Positions 30,116-39,822 of a DNA stretch of 64,000 nucleotides are shown one piece after another. Origin of the DNA: a virus; the IMG/VR virus record IMGVR_UViG_3300047372_000605, positions 1 through 64,000 of that record; one strand, 5' to 3'. Position 1 is the stretch's first letter, and every line of letters begins with the position of its first letter. The position numbers and the translations under genes are program-made. The notes beneath the pieces were generated by a model. That model worked only from the letters and a program-made list of their open reading frames with translations, had not been told where the DNA came from and ran no database searches.

Positions 30116-31825
30116 ATGGATAACAATTTAATAGCAGACACAACAAATTGGGAAAAGGGTAAAGATTATCCTGAGTGGATGAATGAAGTAGCACTAGCAA
30201 CTATTTCTAAAGGATATTTAATCCCTGGAGAAACACCTAGAAAAGCCTATAAAAGAGTATCAGGTGCAATATCTTCAAAATTAAACAGACCAGATCTAGA
30301 AAGCAAATTTTTTAAGTATATTTGGAATGGTTGGATTGGTTTAGCATCACCTGTTTTATCTAACACAGGAACAGATAGAGGTTTACCTATTTCATGTTAT
30401 GGTGTTGATACGCCCGATTCAATTAGAGGTATAGGTTTAACAAATGCAGAATTAATGAAACTTACCTCAGCAGGAGGAGGTGTTGGTATTTCTTTATCAA
30501 GAATTAGAGAAAGAGGTGCACCTATAAAAGGAAACGGCCAATCTGAAGGAGTAGTTCCATGGGCTAAAATATATGATTCAACTATAATAGCTACTAACCA
30601 GGGTAGTGTACGAAGAGGTGCTGCTAGTGTTAATTTAGACATTAATCACCCTGATATTAGTGAATATCTTCAAATTAGAAGACCAAAAGGTGACCCAAAT
30701 AGACAATGTTTAAATTTACATCAATGTGTAGTAGTAGATGATGCTTTTATGAGAAAGCTAAACGACAGAGATGAAGAAGCTATGGGATTATGGTTAGAAA
30801 TTTTAAAAGCTAGAGTTGAAACAGGTGAACCTTACATAATGTTTAAAGATAATGTTAATAAAGATAATCCAATGGCTTATCTAATGAATAATTTAGATGT
30901 TTCAATGACTAATATTTGTTCTGAGATTACATTACATACAGATGAAGAGCATAGTTTTATATGTTGTTTAAGTTCTTTAAATTTAGCTAAATACGATGAA
31001 TGGAAAGATACAGATGTAGTAGAAACTGCTACATATTTTTTAGATGGTGTAATGCAAGAATTTATTGATAAAACCAGTGGTCAAGAATCAATGAAACGAA
31101 CACATAGACATGCTGTTAAAGGAAGAGCATTAGGTTTAGGTGTAATGGGTTGGCATACATTTTTACAGAAAAAGGATTTACCATTTAATTCAATAGCATC
31201 TACAGCTTGGACACATACTATATTTTCTCAAATAAAATTAAAAGCTGAAACAGCATCTAGACAATTAGCAGATGAATATGGAGAGCCTTTATGGTGTAAA
31301 GGAACAGGTATGAGGAATACTCATTTACTAGCAGTAGCACCAACAGTATCAAATTCAAGAATATCAGGATGCTCAGCAGGGATAGAGCCACAACCTGCAA
31401 ATGTTTATACATTTAATGGAGCTAAAGGTACTTTTATAGTTAAAAATCCAGAATTAGTAGCTAAATTAAAAACTACTAAAAACAATACTGATAAAATATG
31501 GGATCAAATTTTAGCAGATAATGGTTCAGTACAAAATTTACCTGCAGAAGTACTACCTGAAGAAGATAAAGAAGTATTTTTAACATTTTCTGAAGTAAAT
31601 CAATTAGGTTTAGTTCAGCAAGCAGCTATAAGACAAAAATACATAGATCAAACACAATCATTAAATCTATGTTTTGATCCTACAGATTCTCCTCGATGGA
31701 TTAATCAAGTTCATTTAGAAGCTTGGAAATTAGGAGTAAAAACATTATATTATTTAAGAACAGATTCAGTTATTAAAGGAGATTTAGGATCTCGTGTAGC
31801 AGATTGTGTATCTTGTGATGGATAA
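30116..31825 (+). CDS. nrdA: Ribonucleotide reductase class Ia alpha subunit (short, no apparent ATP cone)
   Basis: PISC, GGGVG, TNICSEI, CCLSS, APTVS, KTLYYLR, C-terminal CVSCDG. Confidence 0.95.
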   Translation: MDNNLIADTTNWEKGKDYPEWMNEVALATISKGYLIPGETPRKAYKRVSGAISSKLNRPDLESKFFKYIWNGWIGLASPVLSNTGTDRGLPISCYGVDTPDSIRGIGLTNAELMKLTSAGGGVGISLSRIRERGAPIKGNGQSEGVVPWAKIYDSTIIATNQGSVRRGAASVNLDINHPDISEYLQIRRPKGDPNRQCLNLHQCVVVDDAFMRKLNDRDEEAMGLWLEILKARVETGEPYIMFKDNVNKDNPMAYLMNNLDVSMTNICSEITLHTDEEHSFICCLSSLNLAKYDEWKDTDVVETATYFLDGVMQEFIDKTSGQESMKRTHRHAVKGRALGLGVMGWHTFLQKKDLPFNSIASTAWTHTIFSQIKLKAETASRQLADEYGEPLWCKGTGMRNTHLLAVAPTVSNSRISGCSAGIEPQPANVYTFNGAKGTFIVKNPELVAKLKTTKNNTDKIWDQILADNGSVQNLPAEVLPEEDKEVFLTFSEVNQLGLVQQAAIRQKYIDQTQSLNLCFDPTDSPRWINQVHLEAWKLGVKTLYYLRTDSVIKGDLGSRVADCVSCDG

Positions 31826-31855
31826 CCGTATTTATAAACATATAAAAATAAATTT

Positions 31856-31900
31856 GTTGGCCCTAATAAAGGGAAGTGGACTTCACCGTAAGTAGCCAAC
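31856..31900 (+). ncRNA. Putative structured RNA leader (three-way junction)
   Basis: GTTGG/CCAAC closing stem enclosing CCCT-aataa-AGGG and GTG-gactt-CAC; GC-rich island between TATTTATA and the ATG. Confidence 0.5.
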
Positions 31901-31917
31901 CGCAAAAATAAAAAATT

Positions 31918-33717
31918 ATGCCAAACTGGAAAAAAGTAGCGATATCTGGGTCCAATGTATCGCAATTCAATAACGACGGAACTTATATAAAAATGAATGG
32001 GAATACCACAAATGGTCTCCTAACATTTGAAGCTGCAGATTGTGCAACAGTAGAATCTAAAGCAACTTATAATGGTACAACCCAAGAATTAAATAATCAT
32101 GGTAAAATAGTAGCATTTTCAGGTTCACAATTTTCAACTGCTTCTCCACCTGCTGGGAATGGGGCTTTAGTAGGTTTCAAATCCCCACTTGTAGGTTCAC
32201 CTTGGTCCCCTATTTCAGGTTCAAGAAATCATTCTATATCAGCTACTACTAGATATACTAATTTTGGTAGTGGTAATCAATGCGCTGCTACATTAGGTAT
32301 AACAGCTCAAAAAGGAGTTTCTGATAAAAATGCAACTGTAGAATTAACTAGTATAGCAAAAGAAGATGGATGCCATGATGCTATATTTTCATTAGCTGTA
32401 AAACAAGATGCAGGAGCTGGTGCTGGTTTCCATCCAGTAAGAGAATTATTTAGAATAGATGGTAGAGATGAAACTATTTTTCTTTCAGGTTCATTATCTA
32501 TTAAAACTTCTAAAATGGCAACTACTGCTTCGGCGGGAAATATATTAGTTTATGATAATTCCACAGGGCAAATAAAAAAATCATCAGCTACAATTAATAC
32601 AGGAACTGCAGTAAATAGTGTAAACGGAGCAACTGGAACAGTAACTACAACACAAGTATTAAATGGTTCAACTGTTCTTTCAGGTTCATTCCCATCTACT
32701 TCACCTGGAGGAGCTTCAGGAAATGTTCAATATAATGATGGGGCTAGTGGGTTTGCTGGTGAAGCAGCTTTTACATGGAATTCAACTACAGATAAATTAA
32801 CAGTTAAAAATCCTGGATCAGGTGCTGGTGGTTTAGTAACAAATAATATTGAAGGTGGTGGAAGTACATTAACTATTAGTGATGGTGGAAATGATCAAAA
32901 TATGTTATTATGTGTTGGGGATGCAAACATTAATATTTGCAACTATGGAAATAATATGGTATCAATGGGAGACTCATCAATTTCTATTTGCCAACAGGTA
33001 AAGTTACCTGATTTATCCCTTAATGCAGAAACACATTGTATAGTTAAGATACATGCAACTACAGGAGAACTTTATTGTGCTGCACCATCTGCAGGAACAA
33101 CACCAACTTTAGATGCAGTAACTACACAAGGTAATACTACTACAAATGGTATGTGTATGACAGGACAAATTTGTGTAGGAGATGGTTCTACTTCTAGCCC
33201 TTCTATAGTATTTGCTAGTGATAGTAGTGTTGGATTTTCGAGACCTGGAACTGATTGTTTAAGAGTAATAGTTGGAACATCGGCACAAAGTTTAGCTACT
33301 TTTAATACTGATGGGTTAAATATGTGTAACGGAGCTTTATCAGTGGGTAATATAAGCACTTCAACAACAACAGGTAGAATAGATGCTTCAAATGATATAG
33401 TAGCATATTCAACTTCAGACTGTAGGTTAAAGAAATATGTTAAACCTATTAAAAATGCTTTAGATAAAATTGATAAAATTAGAGGTGTAGAATTTGACTG
33501 GAAAGTTACTGATGAAAAGATGAAAGAAGAAGTACACTCATTTGAAGGGCATGATATAGGAGTTATAGCACAAGAGGTAGAAGAAATACTCCCAGAAGTA
33601 GTTGCAACAAGGGATAATGGGTATAAAGCAGTTAGATATGAAAAAATAGTTCCATTATTAATTCAAGGTATAAAAGAATTAAAAGAAGAAGTAGAAATCA
33701 TCAAATCTAAAATATAA
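31918..33717 (+). CDS. Tail fibre with C-terminal intramolecular chaperone (peptidase S74)
   Basis: SDCRLK...I.NALDKI..IRGV.FDW...GVIAQEVE..LPEVV...V.YEKIVPLLIQGIKEL. Confidence 0.9.
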   Translation: MPNWKKVAISGSNVSQFNNDGTYIKMNGNTTNGLLTFEAADCATVESKATYNGTTQELNNHGKIVAFSGSQFSTASPPAGNGALVGFKSPLVGSPWSPISGSRNHSISATTRYTNFGSGNQCAATLGITAQKGVSDKNATVELTSIAKEDGCHDAIFSLAVKQDAGAGAGFHPVRELFRIDGRDETIFLSGSLSIKTSKMATTASAGNILVYDNSTGQIKKSSATINTGTAVNSVNGATGTVTTTQVLNGSTVLSGSFPSTSPGGASGNVQYNDGASGFAGEAAFTWNSTTDKLTVKNPGSGAGGLVTNNIEGGGSTLTISDGGNDQNMLLCVGDANINICNYGNNMVSMGDSSISICQQVKLPDLSLNAETHCIVKIHATTGELYCAAPSAGTTPTLDAVTTQGNTTTNGMCMTGQICVGDGSTSSPSIVFASDSSVGFSRPGTDCLRVIVGTSAQSLATFNTDGLNMCNGALSVGNISTSTTTGRIDASNDIVAYSTSDCRLKKYVKPIKNALDKIDKIRGVEFDWKVTDEKMKEEVHSFEGHDIGVIAQEVEEILPEVVATRDNGYKAVRYEKIVPLLIQGIKELKEEVEIIKSKI

Positions 33718-34583
33718 TGACTTTACCTGCTTCAGGGCAAATATCAGTATTACAAGCAGCTGATGAATTAGGTCTTCCTACTCAATCAGTTGGAACAACT
33801 TGTCCCCATGCTGGAGTTTCAATAGAAGTTATGGGTAAAATGATTGATGACCAGCAAGGATCATCAACTACATATAATTTTCCTCAAGATGGTTTTTATG
33901 GGTATGATTTTAGTGGTGATTGTATAGCAGCTTTTGATGCTAGAGATGCTAGATCTAAAAAATCAGGTGTATCTACTTGGTATGATTTATCAGGAAATGA
34001 GAATAATATGACCATTCTTAATTCTCCCTTATTTTATACTAATGCTAATGCCGCTGGTGGATCTTTTTACTTTTATAGTAGTAATTATGGAACACTTTCT
34101 GGTTTAAATAATGAAAATGAAACTATTGCATCAACGGGTTTAACTATTGAAATATGGTCACAAAGAACTTCTGGAACAAATGCTCAATATTTATGGGATG
34201 CCAGAGGTACTAATGGACAATCAACAGGTTACATGTTAACTGAATATGCAGGTTATGATTGGAATTGGGCAAATGCAGTTAGATATAATTCTAGCAATGG
34301 ATATAATAATTGGCACCAATGGGCAATAAGTATGAGTCCTACATTTAATGAGGCAAGAGGAGGATATCCAGCCACAGGATATCTCAACGGGACTTCAGTT
34401 GCAACTGGGTATCAATCTCAAACACCAGCTTTACCTAATACTTTTTATATGGGAAAAAGATTCTCTGGTACTGGTTATCTTACAGGTTATGTTCAAATTT
34501 TTAAAATTTATAGCAAACAATTATCTGCTAAACAAATACAGGGTTCATATGATTTTTACAAAGGAAGATTTGGTTTAACTTAA
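33717..34583 (+). CDS. Concanavalin A-like lectin/LamG-domain fibre-associated protein
   Basis: MTLPASGQIS N-terminus; WYDLSGN.N, TIEIW, Y.NG, IYSKQLS..QI motifs. Confidence 0.75.
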   Translation: MTLPASGQISVLQAADELGLPTQSVGTTCPHAGVSIEVMGKMIDDQQGSSTTYNFPQDGFYGYDFSGDCIAAFDARDARSKKSGVSTWYDLSGNENNMTILNSPLFYTNANAAGGSFYFYSSNYGTLSGLNNENETIASTGLTIEIWSQRTSGTNAQYLWDARGTNGQSTGYMLTEYAGYDWNWANAVRYNSSNGYNNWHQWAISMSPTFNEARGGYPATGYLNGTSVATGYQSQTPALPNTFYMGKRFSGTGYLTGYVQIFKIYSKQLSAKQIQGSYDFYKGRFGLT

Positions 34584-34588
34584 ATAAA

Positions 34589-34858
34589 ATGGAAACACTT
34601 GATCATATAATTTTTGCTACTTTATCTAGTTCATACTTAGAACAGATAAATTATTCTCAGATATTAGAAACAAATTCTACAACAGTAGGTAAATCAATAG
34701 ATGAGTCTTTATTTTCTATATCCTGGTATACCAGTAGTATTCCTACATTTATAAGTGATAACTCAGTTGAATTAAACTGGTCTGGATCTTATACTAATTG
34801 GTTAGATATAAGAAGTAGCACATCTTGGACTCCTTTAGACCCTGAAGCTGAAGAATAA
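34589..34858 (+). CDS. Hypothetical protein (possible fibre assembly factor)
   Basis: 89-aa ORF after the LamG gene. Confidence 0.55.
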   Translation: METLDHIIFATLSSSYLEQINYSQILETNSTTVGKSIDESLFSISWYTSSIPTFISDNSVELNWSGSYTNWLDIRSSTSWTPLDPEAEE

Positions 34859-34890
34859 TTTGGTATCTTTAAATTAATTTATTATATTAT
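34859..34890 (+). promoter_or_regulatory. Bacteroidota sigma-A-like promoter
   Basis: TTTG-N20-TATATTAT. Confidence 0.55.
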
Positions 34891-34904
34891 ATTAAAATTA
34901 AGTT

Positions 34905-35789
34905 ATGTCAAAGTATTCAATATTCCATATTGAAGGTGGATTAGGTAAACATGTAGCAGCAACCGCTGTAGCTAAATGTATAAAAAACAACCACCCAAAT
35001 AGAAAATTAATAATAGTTTGTGGATGGCCTCAAGTTTTTTTAGGGCTTGATTTTGTAGAAAAGGTTTATAGACATAACATGACTCCTTACTTTTATGAGG
35101 AATATATAGAAAATAAAGATTCCATTATTTTTAGACACGAACCTTATTTTACCACAGAACACATAGTAAAAAGAAAACCATTAATAGAAAATTGGTGTAG
35201 GCTATATAAGCTAAAATATACTAATGAAACCCCAGAGTTAAAGTTTAATTTAAGACAAAAACAAATAGGGGCTAATAAATGGAGAAGAGATAAACCAGTA
35301 TTATTAATCCACACAAACGGTGGACCTTTACAGGGTCAAAAACATGACTATGCTTGGACAAGAGACTTACCAGGAAAAAATATAGTAGAAGTAGCAAATC
35401 ATTTTTTAAAAAAAGATTATCACATAATTCAAATATGTAGAAAAAAGGAACAATGTATAGAGGGTATTGAACACGTTTATGAATCGATAGACAATCTAGA
35501 ACTTTTCCAGTTACTAGCCTATGCAGATAAACGTTTACTTATTGATTCGTGTTTACAACACGCTGCTTATGCGATGAATTTACCTTCTACAGTATGTTGG
35601 ATAGGAACACCTCATACTATATTTGGGTATGATTTCCATAAAAATATCCAGGCTACATTACCTAAATATAATTTCCCAGATAGGTATATGTTTGATTCTC
35701 AATTTACAGGAGAAACAATGGAATGTCCTTTTGAAAGCGATAACATATTAGATAGTGCACAAATTATTAAATCATTGGAAGAACAATGA
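34905..35789 (+). CDS. Glycosyltransferase, GT9/heptosyltransferase-like
   Basis: GGLGK.V..T N-terminus; IDSCLQHAAYAMNLPSTVCW motif. Confidence 0.7.
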   Translation: MSKYSIFHIEGGLGKHVAATAVAKCIKNNHPNRKLIIVCGWPQVFLGLDFVEKVYRHNMTPYFYEEYIENKDSIIFRHEPYFTTEHIVKRKPLIENWCRLYKLKYTNETPELKFNLRQKQIGANKWRRDKPVLLIHTNGGPLQGQKHDYAWTRDLPGKNIVEVANHFLKKDYHIIQICRKKEQCIEGIEHVYESIDNLELFQLLAYADKRLLIDSCLQHAAYAMNLPSTVCWIGTPHTIFGYDFHKNIQATLPKYNFPDRYMFDSQFTGETMECPFESDNILDSAQIIKSLEEQ

Positions 35790-35826
35790 TTTTTTTAGTA
35801 TTTATAATAAATCAAAAAAATAAAAA

Positions 35827-36057
35827 ATGAAATATTTAAAAAGATTTTGGAACTGGTTACTAGGAAAAACTACTATTGACGAGAAGATTGAAGCTAAAGT
35901 AGACGAAGTTGTCGAAGAAGTAAAAGAACGAGTTAGTAGAGTAAAAGAAGAAGTTGCTGATGTAAAAAAAGCAGCTAAAGAAGTAGCTGACCAAGCAAAA
36001 GATGTAGTTGATGCTGCCAAAGGTAAAAAAAGAAGAGGCAGACCAAAGAAAAAATAA
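35827..36057 (+). CDS. Small amphipathic/coiled-coil protein with a basic RGRP tail
   Basis: 76 aa; first gene after TATTTATA at 35799. Confidence 0.6.
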   Translation: MKYLKRFWNWLLGKTTIDEKIEAKVDEVVEEVKERVSRVKEEVADVKKAAKEVADQAKDVVDAAKGKKRRGRPKKK

Positions 36058-36091
36058 TCAATTAAATTAATAAGTTTTAAAAAATAGTTTT

Positions 36092-36361
36092 ATGAATAGA
36101 ATTACAAATTATATAAAACATAAACTTATGTCATTTAGGAATATTTTTAAGGATGAAAACGACATCAATGAAAAAAATGTAGTTGGATTTGCAGCATTTA
36201 TGGTAATGGTAGTATTTGCCGCAGTAGATATTATTACAGGAATTTCAGGCAAACATTTAGAAATTCAAGAATATATTTACAATTCATTTGTTATAATCGC
36301 ACTAGGTAGCTTTGGTATAGCTGAAGCAGGAAAAATATTTAGTGGTAAAAAAGAAGAATAA
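36092..36361 (+). CDS. Putative holin (2 TM; start may be 36128)
   Basis: Two hydrophobic segments and a charged C-terminus, directly upstream of the endolysin. Confidence 0.6.
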   Translation: MNRITNYIKHKLMSFRNIFKDENDINEKNVVGFAAFMVMVVFAAVDIITGISGKHLEIQEYIYNSFVIIALGSFGIAEAGKIFSGKKEE

Positions 36362-37308
36362 TGCTATTAAAAAAAGGGTCTAAAGGACCAGATGTTAAAG
36401 ACTTGCAAGAGGCCTTAGGACTAGCAGCTGATGGTATATTTGGCTCTGGTACAGAAGCAGCAGTAAAAGAATTTCAAAAAGAAAATAACTTAACCGTTGA
36501 TGGTTTAGTAGGTAGAGGAACTTGGGAAATGCTAGGTTTAGATACTGATGAATCAGGATGGGATGCTGCAACTGATAAAGATGATAAACTAGAACGTTTA
36601 GGTAAATATACAACTAAGGGTGGTTTAGAAATAGATAGAGCTTATTTAGATGGAGATGAATTTGTTAGAGACTATGGTAAGATAGAACCATTAGGGTTTT
36701 TTATTCATCACACAGCTGGTTGGGATAATCCTTACAACACAATTAATAACTGGAACCGAGACACAAGAGGTAGAGTAGCTACACAATATTGTATAGGTGG
36801 TACTAATGTAAAAGGTAAAGATGCACCTCATGATGGTGTAGTAGTAGAATGCTTCCCAAATAACTATTTAGGATGGCATTTAGGTAAAGTAGGAGGATTT
36901 GCTATATCTAAATTTTCAGGAGGTGTAGAATTAAATAATTTTGGTTATTTGACTAAAAAAGGAGATAAATACTACACTTATGTTAATACAGAAGTAAAAC
37001 CAGAATATGTTTGTGATTTAGGATATAAATTTAGAGGTCACCAATACTGGCATGCTTATTCAGATAAGCAAATAGAAAGTTTAAGACTACTTATTTTACA
37101 TTTAAAAGACATTTATCCAAAAATGGACTTAGAAAATGGTATTCCTAAAATGTTAAAAGAAGGAGTACACCCAAAAGAAGCATTTGAATTTAATGAAGAT
37201 GCTTATAATGCAAAACAATTTGGGTTATGGTCACACACATCTGTAAGAAAAGACAAGTTTGATTGTTTTCCTCAAGAGGAACTTGTCAATATGCTAAGAA
37301 ATTTGTAA
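36361..37308 (+). CDS. Endolysin: peptidoglycan-binding domain plus N-acetylmuramoyl-L-alanine amidase
   Basis: LQ.AL...ADGIFG.GT..AVK.FQ....L..DG.VG; IHHTAG, WHLG, SHTSVRKDKFDC. Confidence 0.9.
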   Translation: MLLKKGSKGPDVKDLQEALGLAADGIFGSGTEAAVKEFQKENNLTVDGLVGRGTWEMLGLDTDESGWDAATDKDDKLERLGKYTTKGGLEIDRAYLDGDEFVRDYGKIEPLGFFIHHTAGWDNPYNTINNWNRDTRGRVATQYCIGGTNVKGKDAPHDGVVVECFPNNYLGWHLGKVGGFAISKFSGGVELNNFGYLTKKGDKYYTYVNTEVKPEYVCDLGYKFRGHQYWHAYSDKQIESLRLLILHLKDIYPKMDLENGIPKMLKEGVHPKEAFEFNEDAYNAKQFGLWSHTSVRKDKFDCFPQEELVNMLRNL

Positions 37309-37317
37309 ATTAATCTT

Positions 37318-38481
37318 ATGATTAAAAAAATAACAGATAGGATATTCCCTGCTTTAATAGCACTATCGGCACTTTCCGTATCTGCTTCGGCAGCATTTTA
37401 TTCAATTAGTGGGTTAAGTAAATTATTTGCAGGAGCAGCATTTGCAGTTATAGTAATGGCAGCTTCATTGGAGATAGCCAAATTAGTAATAGCATCTTTA
37501 CTTTACCAATATAGAAAAACACTACCTTTTTTACTTAAAGCTTATTTATCAATTGCTTGTGTGGTATTAATATTAATTACTTCAATGGGCATATATGGGT
37601 TTTTATCTGCTGCTTACCAAGATACAGCAAATAAAGAAGGTAATGCTGAAGCCCGAATAGTGCTTATAGAAACTAAAAGAGATAATGTTAAAGAACAATT
37701 AGAAGTTTATACTGAAGAAAAAACATCTATAAATGAAGCAGTAGCTGAACTTAGAAAAGGTTTATCTAATAATAAAGTTCAATGGAGAGATAAAGAAACT
37801 AATCAAATTATTACTTCAACTTCTAGTAGAACTAGAAAAGCACTAGAAAAACAATTAGATCAAGCTATAATCAGACAAACAGAAATAAATGCTAAGGTAG
37901 ATGTTTTAAATGAAAAAATATTTGAATATGAAACCGAAATAGTAGAAACAAGAATAGGAGATGGTTCTACAAGTGAATTAGGCCCTCTTAAATATCTTTC
38001 AGGTTTAACAGGTTTACCTATGGATAAAATAATAAATTATCTTTTATTAACAATAATATTTGTGTTTGATCCTTTAGCAATAGCACTAGTAATAGCAGCT
38101 AACTTCGCATTTGCTAGATTAAGAAAACCAACTAAAGAAAATTTATATGGCGAGACAGTAGAATGCTCTGTGCCCGAAGGTAGAGAATTTAATACTCCCT
38201 ATGATATAGATGATTTAATACCTAATACTCCTTATACAGAAAAAGAAGTTAATAAAGTTATAAAAAATGAAGTTGAAAAAATAGAAAAAGAACCACCTGT
38301 TGATTTTGATGATGATTCTCAAACAATAAGTGATACTGGATCCAAAATTAAATCATTAGAATCTCAAAAAGAAAAAATCCAAAGAAATGGAGGTACTGCT
38401 AAAAAAGTAGGAGATGCTTTAGCTCAAATAGATAAAAAAATTAAAAAATTAAGAGACGAAGATAATACAATTACTTATTAA
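37318..38481 (+). CDS. Multi-TM membrane protein with a long coiled coil
   Basis: Three N-terminal hydrophobic helices, a coiled coil, then a fourth TM (IIFVFDPLAI). Confidence 0.65.
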   Translation: MIKKITDRIFPALIALSALSVSASAAFYSISGLSKLFAGAAFAVIVMAASLEIAKLVIASLLYQYRKTLPFLLKAYLSIACVVLILITSMGIYGFLSAAYQDTANKEGNAEARIVLIETKRDNVKEQLEVYTEEKTSINEAVAELRKGLSNNKVQWRDKETNQIITSTSSRTRKALEKQLDQAIIRQTEINAKVDVLNEKIFEYETEIVETRIGDGSTSELGPLKYLSGLTGLPMDKIINYLLLTIIFVFDPLAIALVIAANFAFARLRKPTKENLYGETVECSVPEGREFNTPYDIDDLIPNTPYTEKEVNKVIKNEVEKIEKEPPVDFDDDSQTISDTGSKIKSLESQKEKIQRNGGTAKKVGDALAQIDKKIKKLRDEDNTITY

Positions 38482-38486
38482 AATTA

Positions 38487-38518
38487 TTTGGCTTCCCCAA
38501 TAAAGGTTCGTATATTTA
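38487..38518 (+). promoter_or_regulatory. Bacteroidota sigma-A-like promoter upstream of the deazaguanine operon
   Basis: TTTG-N20-TATATTTA. Confidence 0.65.
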
Positions 38519-38521
38519 AGC

Positions 38522-39034
38522 ATGACTAAAAATTATATTTACGATGTAGATGAAGATACAGTTTTAGAAAAAATATCACAACTGCAACCCCTTAATTATA
38601 ATCAATTTAGATGGTGGAGAAGATTTGATTCTCCAAACAAACCATTACACAAATATTCTGATTTACTAGATAAAATCCAAAATGGTGATTATGAATTCTC
38701 TCATTATTACTGGCAAGCAAGATATGCCGAAATGGAAATAAATCATTTACACCATGAAACATATCCCGATGCTGTTTTATTTAATGAAAAAAATGCTATG
38801 AACGGTGCTAGAAGAAAACGTTTGTGGGATGATTTTGAAAAAGACGAAAAAGAACGTATTAATAGTATTGAAAAAGATTTCTATATGAAGTTCAAAATGT
38901 CTCGAAAGCAAGTAAAAGAAGAAATGGGAGGGTTTGGAGGTACACTAGAAAATTTTTATCATTATTGTGATAAAGAATTTGGAACAAGACGAGAAAAATT
39001 ACAAACACGAGGAAGACCAAGAAAAGTTATATGA
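38522..39034 (+). CDS. Hypothetical protein
   Basis: 170 aa, ends RGRPRK; ATGA-coupled to the next gene. Confidence 0.65.
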   Translation: MTKNYIYDVDEDTVLEKISQLQPLNYNQFRWWRRFDSPNKPLHKYSDLLDKIQNGDYEFSHYYWQARYAEMEINHLHHETYPDAVLFNEKNAMNGARRKRLWDDFEKDEKERINSIEKDFYMKFKMSRKQVKEEMGGFGGTLENFYHYCDKEFGTRREKLQTRGRPRKVI

Positions 39035-39822
39035 AAGTATCACATGAAGCACCAATTCCCTACATGAAACAAGTTAGGGGGTTAATTGATTATGACTATT
39101 GTTTACCACACTTGCTAGATGAAAGCGAAGAATATAAACAATATTTTCAAGAATCTAAAGAAATGCAACGTTATATTATTATGGATAATTCCTTACATGA
39201 ATTAGGAGAACCATATGATTCAGAACGCCTAGCCCATTGGTTATATTATTTTAAACCTGATGAATTTATAGTACCAGATTACTGGCAAGATAAAACAGCT
39301 ACATTAGTATCAGCTAAAGAATGGGTTAATAAAAAATATCCTGAAAATACAACCCCAGTAGCTGTAGTACAAGGTAAAAATGAAGGTGAAGCTAGAGAAT
39401 GTTATAGAATATTAAAATATCAAGGTTATGAAAAAATAGCATTTAGTTATGGTGCAGATTGGTATTATGGTAAGGGAAAAGAAACATCTAAAAATATAGA
39501 AAATATAACAGTAACAAAAGCTCATGGTAGATATAACTTTATAAAAGAATTATATGAAGAAGATACTATTAAAAAATCAGATAGAATACATTTATTAGGA
39601 TGCAATATTCCTCAAGAATTTAAATGGTATAAAAATATGCCATTTATTAAAACAATAGACACATCAAACCCAGTTATACATGGTTTATCAGGAATAAAAT
39701 ATGAGCCCTGGGGATTGGATAACAAAATATCTACTAAGGTAGATAAATTTAAAGGAGAAGCTGAACATTGGGAAACAGCAATTTATAACATACAATTATT
39801 TAAAACATTTATACCAACATGA
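39031..39822 (+). CDS. TGT-fold transglycosylase, probable DNA 7-deazaguanine insertion enzyme (DpdA-like)
   Basis: IMDNS, VAVVQG, IHLLG, IDTSNP motifs of TGT/DpdA TIM barrels; overlaps queC. Confidence 0.7.
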   Translation: MKVSHEAPIPYMKQVRGLIDYDYCLPHLLDESEEYKQYFQESKEMQRYIIMDNSLHELGEPYDSERLAHWLYYFKPDEFIVPDYWQDKTATLVSAKEWVNKKYPENTTPVAVVQGKNEGEARECYRILKYQGYEKIAFSYGADWYYGKGKETSKNIENITVTKAHGRYNFIKELYEEDTIKKSDRIHLLGCNIPQEFKWYKNMPFIKTIDTSNPVIHGLSGIKYEPWGLDNKISTKVDKFKGEAEHWETAIYNIQLFKTFIPT

